Shown here: piece after piece, positions 55,906 through 64,000 of the stretch
Layout of the letters: every line of letters starts with the position of its first letter
Numbering within the stretch: the first letter of the stretch is position 1
Notes under the pieces: model-generated
Database searches by the model: none
What the model saw: the letters and a program-made list of their open reading frames with translations, nothing else
Told to the model about the DNA's origin: nothing
Made by a program: the position numbers and the translations under genes
Assembly: GCA_903813345.2 (NCBI GenBank)
Contig: CAIIXF020000001.1
Location: 41,230,001 to 41,294,000 of the forward strand
Origin: Owenia fusiformis
Lineage: Eukaryota
Reading direction: 5' to 3'
Length of the DNA stretch: 64,000 bases

Positions 55906-58900
55906 ATGACGTCACGTCTCCATAACAGCCTTTGTGAGGCAATGCTGGTTGTCGGACTTGATCAATATACAGGCCTCAGACCAGCCCAACCACAGGTAGA
56001 AATGCTGCACTTACTTTTTATAAACAATGAAACCTGCATATCAGAAAACCTCTCTTAGCACCTCTCAATGTAAACACTTTTTCTTGGTCCCAAATTTACT
56101 TTCTCTCTTTGACTTAACATGTTTATAAAACTTTGAAATGTGAACACCTAATAATCGTAAAACTTTTGGCCAGACCCAGATGCATTCGACTGTCTGCCCG
56201 TATTAGTTTATTTAAGGCACAAAATGTTTTTCCCAACTGCTACTCCGTTCAGATCAAAAGAGTATCTTTTTTGGCTCGTGTTTTCAAGTAGGTGTCATTG
56301 ATACTCAATGGTATATGCTTTTTAAGCATGGGTCTTCAATTTTCAAGGTGAATGTATTTTAAGTAGGGGTACTCAATGGTGAATGTACTTTAGAAATCAG
56401 AATGTTCCACTTTTACCTTTATTTAGAACATTGTTTTAATATAAGGTCCAAACAAACATGGTTTTAATTACAAATACAATATGTATAATGCATAAACTGA
56501 AGCAGGCAGTCTGACTAACTTTTGAACCTCCATCCAAAAGTATAATGTCAGCGTAGAAGTGATATAACCTCAATCAATCCTGTATATTTAACCTGCTTGT
56601 TTTAGCCTTGTAATTTATTCATACCTACCAGTCGCTACCCATATACATGTCAATCATTATTCAAGATGGACCCCTTTTACACTGACTTGTATGTTTCAGC
56701 CACGGAATGCTGTTAAGAACATTGAAGTTCCATTCACACAAGCCTATGAGCCTCAGGTGCTTGCTGCCATCTCTTCTAATGTTGCTATGTTTCCACAAGC
56801 ACCAATAAAGATGGACCCCTACTACCCATACTCAGCTGGAGTTACCAGATACAAGTCACAGCAAGGTACAATTTGTGCCTCTCAGAATTTAGGCAATCGC
56901 AAATTCTGCACAATGTTGAAAATCTGTAAAAGTCAACCTGTGAAAAATTTGTTCGCACATTGTCGATGAAATGATGAAATATTGTTATATGTGATATTTT
57001 GACTGCCCTGAATATTCCTCACCATGGTAGCTATAACCATGCATTTTTAAATGATCAATACTGACAATATCAAAACATTTTCTGTAGTTTTTCTAATTAT
57101 GGAAATTGTATATGGTTGTAGCTACATGTACCATATCAGGGGGAATGATCTGGCAATGCATATCTCTTTCATCTAGTAGAGAAAACCTTGGTATTCTAAA
57201 TATTATATTACAATTTGAAAGAAACTCGTTGATCTGTCCAGCATTTGAGCAAACGCATTCTGCACCATGTTGAAAATCTGTAAAAGACATGTCACCCTGT
57301 GAAAAATTTGTTTGCACATTGTCGAAATGATGAAATATTGTGATATTTTGACTGCCCTGACCAGTTCTAAATGAAGTTCTGTTACTTTTGAGAACAAATG
57401 CAAAGCATACTATTTTGACAAAAATCGGTAAATTTAGGATTTAGCAAAATATTGAGAAAAAACTGAGGAGATCACTGATACTCTTTGAAGGGGCATTTTC
57501 TGCATTTTAGTTTCATTTTGCTTTAGCACTGAAGCAGCCTGGCCAGAGGCCCTCCAGGCGCATCTCCATGGGCATTATGGGAAGTGGTCACAGAACGGCA
57601 GGTCTTGACAGGTCACGAAGGTCAACAATGAGGTCCCGTAGAATGTCTGTTAAGCCCCAGGAGCTCCCCATATCAACTGAAGTGATCAATTCATTACATG
57701 CTTTCTGCTTCCCAGGTACGTATATATATATATAGTAGTAAAAAGATCAAAATAAAACAGCACTGAGACCATTGTCCTAATTTGGTATTTCTCTTGAAAG
57801 CCCATTCTGAGACATTGTACATTGCTTTCCATGCATTAAAAATAGAGCACAATTGAAACGAATCCGCAGTTGTCTCAATGGCAATCTCATTATCTTTTTT
57901 TATTTTTATTTCTTTGGCACTGAACATGAAAATTCTGATTGCAAATTGGGGGATACATTGGACAGTTCTTATTGTCCAGCCCCTGGAGCCTGGCATAGTG
58001 TAGAACCCTTATATGAAAAATAGTCTCTGAGCCTGGCATAGTGTAGAACCCTAATATGAAAAATTGTCTCTGATTATTAATCATACATTTACATGTATTC
58101 AGAAACATTGAGTGTACATGCATCTGTAATGATATCATTCAATGTATGAAGTCAACTTTTATTATGTTCCAATATTTCAGACTATGCCTATGTTCACAAG
58201 CGGCAACGTAAGGATCGTGTTCACTATTTGGTGCTGACTGATGTGACAGGGGACAGATCTTATGCTACATGTCTTACATATTACAGACAGGTTCTTATTG
58301 AGAAAGTGAGTATAGAAATGAGGAGGATGCGGGCAATAGACCTCAATTTAAGAATTTTGGTTTTCTGTTCATGGAAGCTAACTATAGTTTTATCAAGCAG
58401 AACAGAATACAGAATTTTCATTGTCTTTTTTAGTGCAACATAGGCGTTGTGTTATATCAAAAGTTGTAGAATATTGAGATAATAATTTCATAATGGTTTG
58501 ACCTTCCTCCCACAGAATTGTTGATATGCCTGTCACATGAATCAAACCAACTGTTGATACATGTATGTCTGTCACATGAATCAATCCAGTTAGCATTCTG
58601 AATTAACAACTGTTGATGATTGGACACCATCCAGGCCCATAGCCAGGGGAGGGGGTTCGATGGGTTTGAGCGAACCCTCCCTGGCCAATTCTTTCAAAAT
58701 CATGCAGTTTTGACCATTCTGTGCACTTTTTAAGTGATTTTGGCCATTTTTAGACCAAAATTGTCAAAAGTGAACCCCCCTTGGAAAATCCTGTCTACGG
58801 GCCTGCCATGATTAACTGAACTCTATATATGCAGAATTGCAAGCCCTGTGATTAACTTCTTTACAATATCCTAGGAAATGGTTGATAATGAGACAGAATG

Positions 58901-61900
58901 GAAGTTTGCAGATATGGAGGACAAAGACATTAAAGAAGTTCAGTTAACCATTGGTCAGTTCAAAGTGTGGCTCCCAGTCTGCTGTGTTATGATCTCTAGC
59001 CACCCTTACCTCACTGTAATGAAAGATTGTCTCTCAAGGTAATAACTTTTTGATTTTTACTCACTCATTGTTTATATTGGGATATATTGCATACACTCGC
59101 TTACACATCTACCCCTTTACCCATTTTCTCACACATGAACATTCCAGCATTCATAACAATCACCTTTCACTCAGTTAAACACCTACCAACACGAAGCCAT
59201 GCACTCAATTTTCCCACACTTGGTCATACACTCAGTATAATCACTCATTAATTCCAAGACTTGATCATTTACCCACAGTTAATTCATTCAAACATCCAAT
59301 CATCTAGTATCTACCCACACATTCAGTCAACCAATAAGGCATCCATTCATTGACTTATCACTCAAGAATATGTACACCTACATAACACCAGATAAGTACT
59401 ATAAAACACATTGTTTTTGTTTACAGACTTTTATTTAGAAAACCAACTTTGACCTTCTCAAGGTCAAGAAGGTCTTTTTTCAACTTGCTTCAAATTGACC
59501 AATTTTTTTTCAAAATCATCTACAAGTTATCAGAAGTTCAAATCTGACTAAAGATTTGACCTTCAATGACCTTCTCAAGGTCAAAAAAGGTCAAAAGGTT
59601 TTTTTTCAAATTGCTTCAAATGCTTGAAATTTTTTTCAAAATCATCTACTAGTTCTCAAATGTTCAAATCTGACTATAGATTTGAGATTTGACCTTCAAT
59701 GGCCTGCTCAAGGTCAAAAGATTTGACCTTTGATGACCTTCTTTAGGTCAAAAAGGTCTTTTTTCAACTTACTTTAAATTCTCTACAAGTTCTCTGAAAT
59801 CTAACTTAGATTTGAGATTTTACCTTCAATGACCTTCTCAAGGTCAAAAAGCGTCATTTCTCCACTTGCTTCAAATTGACCAATTTTTTTTACAAAATCA
59901 TCTACAAATTCTCAGAAATTCAAGTCTGACTGAAATTGAACTCATAATATTGTGAGCAACTAGGTGGAGACATTTTGTCATGTTAATGTCTTGTATATTA
60001 TTGCAGCTTAGTGCAGTTGATAAAGCAAGATCATGAAGAGATGAACACATTCTTGAAGGACTATACCCGCCAGTTGACCATGACCCCAGTGCCCCCTGCT
60101 GGCATGATCTCTATAGTGAGTAAAGTATCGTGAAACAATTGGCAAAATGGCATTTTTACCAGGTATTTCAGCCCCGTAGCCAGAGGGGTTCGATGTGTGC
60201 GAGGGAACCCCCCCCCCCTCACTTGGCCAAAAATTCTTTCAAAATCATGGAGTTTTTCGCCATTCTGAGCACTTTTTAAGTGATTTTGGCCATTTTTGGA
60301 CCAAAATTGTCAAAAGTGAACCCCCTGGAATGTTTCAAAAATTGAATCCCCCTTGGCAAATCATGGCTACGGGCCTGTATTTTTAGCTCACATGGTGTTC
60401 ATGAACAATTTTGAGACGAATGAAAACCGCCATTCATCTGAACCAATGCTCATATCCGTTTTATGGGAGTCCATACTGGTTAACACAATTAGTCCTGGTT
60501 AACCTCTTTTTAGAGCTATCACATTTTTTATAATAAGTAAAATAAATTAGGTAATAATTAGTAGTTACCAATTTCACTACTAAATGGCTTATTCAGGTCT
60601 GATAATATGGCAAACAATGCAGATCATGCAGACATAGAAAAACATACAGGCTTTAGCAAAATGGGAACACACAAATAGTCTGTGTGTATTTCCAGTTAGA
60701 ATTTAGGAAATACAATTATGCAAACTGGAATTAATATGAGTCATACAGTATTCACAAAGTTTTCACCTTTTATGATTTCAGAATTTCAGTTTATACCAAC
60801 TGACAATCAATCTCCACTCCTCAGACCACCCTGATAGAAATGTGATAGACATTCCTCTGAACATTCCATTCCTCTCATTCACCATGGAGAACCTGCTGAA
60901 GATCATTGCCTGCATGTTAACCCAACAGAGGATCGTCTTCATGTCAACTAGCTATGCAATACTCACTATTGTCATGGAGGTAAGGTATTGTTCATTTTAT
61001 ATGCCCATAGTGTCAGAATTTTTTTTATGGCTGATCCCTCCCTCAAAGCTGCAACAGACTTTCAATAGTTGTAATGATAGTTGTAAACATTCTTCTTAAA
61101 GTTGCAAACATCTATCAATGTTAGGCCAAACTATATTTGTAAATATCTTTTATTTTCAGCAAAATTCCCCGGCTCATTTGAATAAATACATATGTACATG
61201 TATTAAATAAAAAGATATTACCATTTAATATAGTACTAAAATATTGGCATTTAATCAAACAATAATGATTGGTTTATTTCCAGAGTTTTCTCAACTTTAT
61301 TCATCCATTTGAATGGCAGCATCCTTATGTCCCCATCTTGCCTAGTAGGCTGTTAGAACTAGTAGATGCCCCTGGAACATTCCTAATGGGCTGCCATGCT
61401 GAACACAGACCAGATATTGAACAGGTATGTGACCTAGTGTTGACTGTTGTGGAAAAAGCAAATAAAGTTATATTTTCTGATTACACCCCTCCTACCCCAT
61501 ATAAGGGGAGGTAAATAAAATACTGTACAGGGGTTTCACTAGAATTTCTCACAACAGGCTAAATAAATGAAAACAACTGGCTTAATGGAAATCGTAAATC
61601 TAACATGGAAAAGTTGAAAAGTCCCTAAAAACAACAGGCGATTTTTTGAAAACAACTGGTGAAAATCGCCCGTTGCCTGCTGCTAATGAAACCCCTGCTG
61701 TAATAGTCATGTACGAGTATTATCTATATCTTTATAAAATACCTATGATGATGTATAGTGCAAAGTATACACAAGACAGCGGGCCAATATAAGTTTTGAA
61801 AAGCCCGCGCCCGCTAACTTTCTGATTGGTCAAGGCACCGACGTCATAACCAATCAATCGAAGATAAAACTGCGCGAGCAATTTTTCTAAACTCATTTCA

Positions 61901-62984
61901 ATCATTTTCAAACCATTTGTTTGTCAATTCTATAAGAAAACTGTACTCTCTGACCAGTCTACATCATCATAGGTATAAATCGTTTATGTCACTATCGTGG
62001 CACATATGCCCTCGGTTCTCAGAGATCAATGTCCCTCCCAAGGTCGGGCCATATATCACTGAGACCTTGGGCATATATGCCGCGATAGTGACATAACCTC
62101 TAAATATCTCTCTTGATTTTGTCTGACTAGGTGGATGGTATAGTGATAGTAGACATAGACAGTGGCCAAGTGGAGGTGTCTGACAGCCTGTATATTCCTA
62201 GTCTACCCTCTGAGCCAGTCTCTATGTTCCGCACTGCAACACAGCGCATCATGCCTAACTTTGATCTCATTCTTATTAACAGGTAACATGTTCAATTAAT
62301 ACAAAAATTGATGTTTGTTTGAGAGTGTTACATTTTTTGCATTCATAAATATGTAAGTCCATCAAAAAACCTTTGAACAGGTCCTTCCTATGAAGAAAAT
62401 TTCTGCGAAGCAGTGAATTAGAAAATACAATAGAAAGAATTTGGTTAAAAATACACTGCTCAGTCAATTAATCAATCAATAGATCAATGTTTCAATCAAT
62501 CACCAAGGAATTTTACCTTTGCATTTACATAGTTTGATTATTTGCTTATTGCAGTACAAGCTGTCTGAGTCTAGAAGAAGTACGCTTAGAAAGAAGAAGG
62601 CTAACAGAAATGTTTAACAGATTTGTTACTGCATCCTTCATGGAGCTCATGGTGAACTTATTTAGGTAAAAATATGATCACATTTTCAATAGAATCAATA
62701 TAATAGAATATAATATAATATTGTAAGGGATATGTGTATCTTTTGTATACGTATATTCATGTATACTTTTTGTTGGTGTGTTTTAAAGTACTCTGTGATC
62801 TTTCCCCTCATGCCACTTGTGCTTGTTTCAAAATGAATAACATTTAAAATTTCATGGAAGTTTAATTTTGCTTTAAAGGGATGTGCTTACCAATATAAAG
62901 GTGATAAAGGCAGACAAGAGGTACTTCAACAAGGAAAACTTCCTGGAATCTCAGCTGCCAGGTGATACTCCATTTTATGAACAG
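55906..62984 (+). CDS. DENND3: DENN domain-containing protein 3-like (Rab GEF), 5' part; continues beyond the window
   Basis: Exons 55906-55995, 56700-56865, 57527-57715, 58181-58305, 58875-59038, 60007-60115, 60782-60979, 61284-61424, 62131-62282, 62555-62665 and 62879-62984 are all in phase. Motifs: FCFP, VHYLVLTDVTGDRSY, MKDCLS, PVPPAG, LTQQRIVFMS, PFEWQHPYVPIL, APGTFLMGCH, LMVNLFRDV, FLESQLPGDTPFYEQ. These follow the uDENN-cDENN-dDENN order of human DENND3 as I recall it. Confidence 0.88.
56900..57360. repeat. Pair of ~105-bp direct repeats in DENND3 intron 2
   Basis: TTCTGCAC.ATGTTGAAAATCTGTAAAAG...GATATTTTGACTGCCCTGA occurs at ~56905-57011 and ~57258-57360. Confidence 0.8.
58632..58805. 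mobile_element. MITE, CAGGCCC...GGGCCTG family
   Basis: TIR CAGGCCCATAGCCAGG / CCTGTCTACGGGCCTG; flanks CCATC/CCATG. Homologous to 60169-60377. Confidence 0.7.
59445..59994 (-). mobile_element. Truncated second copy of the same HINE/satellite family, in a DENND3 intron
   Basis: Reverse complement of the 18.9-20.2 kb satellite units. Its end (59961-59994) matches the 5' end ACAAGGCATTAACAGGACAAAATGTCACCACCTA. Confidence 0.85.
60169..60377. mobile_element. MITE, second copy of the CAGGCCC family
   Basis: CAGCCCCGTAGCCA ... TGGCTACGGGCCTG with a 5-bp direct repeat TATTT on both sides. Confidence 0.75.
61528..61697. mobile_element. MITE with CAGGGGTTTCA ends
   Basis: CAGGGGTTTCACTAG / CTAATGAAACCCCTG, with CTGTA duplicated on both sides. 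Confidence 0.65.
61735..62100. mobile_element. Double-hairpin interspersed repeat (Crypton-like non-autonomous architecture)
   Basis: An inverted pair ATACCTATGATGATGTA / TACATCATCATAGGTAT is followed by a long hairpin TTATGTCACTATCGTGGC...GCCGCGATAGTGACATAA. No TSD. Confidence 0.45.
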
Positions 62985-64000
62985 GTACATTACTTGTGTT
63001 TTTACTATTGGATGGCAGTGAAACTCAATGAGTTAAATACAGTTAAACCTGTGTAAGTGGAACACCTTTGGTACCTCAAAATATATTTCACCTCGGAGGT
63101 GTTCCACTTACAGAGGTTCAATTTACAGGTTTTACCATACCTCTCTGATAATATCCCCTTATTCTTAAAGATTCACTGTTTTTGGTGAATTTGTTAATTT
63201 TAAATTGATGTTTTTGCTATTGATGTCTTTACATGTAGAGTCTGCTATTATTACTTATTGAACTCTTGCAGTTAACCCTTATACTATCTACATGTTATAA
63301 AGACAATATCCATTCCATGACAACATATTTTGGCAATTTAGCAATAGCTCCAACAGTTTTGATTTTTTATTGGTTAATTATATTTATTTATATTTATTGT
63401 AATCATTAATATTTCCATGGGATTTCAACAGAGCTTTAACTGCCACTGGATGGGCAATATCTTTAAGCAACAAACTTAAGATTAATTTCTAGTTTCATGT
63501 TTATAATTATTACTCAGGCGACGGCAGTACCTTTTGTTTAAAAATCATGGAAAGCACGTTGTTGTATGTCAGATCATTTTATTTTACTAAAATATTTTTG
63601 GGCTTACCCCTTTATGGCGATTGTACTTATTTTGTTACAATTTGACACAATTTGGATTCAGTTTTAAAAGAGACTATATATTCTTGGTATCATCTTGTTA
63701 CCTTATAATGTAAACACCCCAATTTTAGATGTCCCTCTGGCCTGCAACATACTCGTTTCCCAGTTTGATTTTCAATCACACTGGCATCAGTGGACAACTT
63801 TTCTATCCGAAAAACAAACAAATCATCTGATTGGTGCACATTAAATCCAGCGCACAATCAGATGATTTGTTTGTTTTACTCTAAGATCTCATTGGTCAGG
63901 CTCCTTTTAAAGGAGTTATTGGCCCTTAATTGACTACTAATGAGGTTGACTGCTCACCTTCTATTTACCTAATACATAAGAATTAGCATAATGTTGGCTG

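Overview
AT-rich, intron-rich animal (invertebrate, possibly lophotrochozoan) genomic DNA; no prokaryotic features. I assembled four spliced protein-coding genes by hand from GT-AG exons. (1) A minus-strand armadillo-repeat gene that is collinear with fungal Vac8 (8 exons, 865-20732; the 3' end runs out of the window and the first exon is uncertain). (2) A complete plus-strand chymotrypsin/elastase-type S1 serine protease (25653-29391), possibly nested in a 5' intron of the Vac8-like gene. (3) A minus-strand gene with about 13 C2H2 zinc fingers (50219-53471+). (4) Head-to-head with it, the 5' part of a DENND3-like Rab GEF (55906-62984, continuing beyond the window). One Vac8-like intron holds a ~5.4 kb tyrosine-recombinase (DIRS/PAT-type) retrotransposon with gag, RT-RNaseH-methyltransferase and YR. 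It carries several lesions, has only short 16-bp inverted ends instead of the canonical DIRS/PAT repeats, and has a 24-bp hairpin tandem array between pol and YR. The rest is dense with non-autonomous DNA elements: three CAC...GTG elements with 5-bp TSDs (Transib-like, one with RSS-like ends), Helentron/HINE-type elements carrying satellite arrays, and Tc1/mariner-, Kolobok-, Sola2- and Academ-like MITEs, several of them nested. All family assignments come from motif recognition, not database searches.
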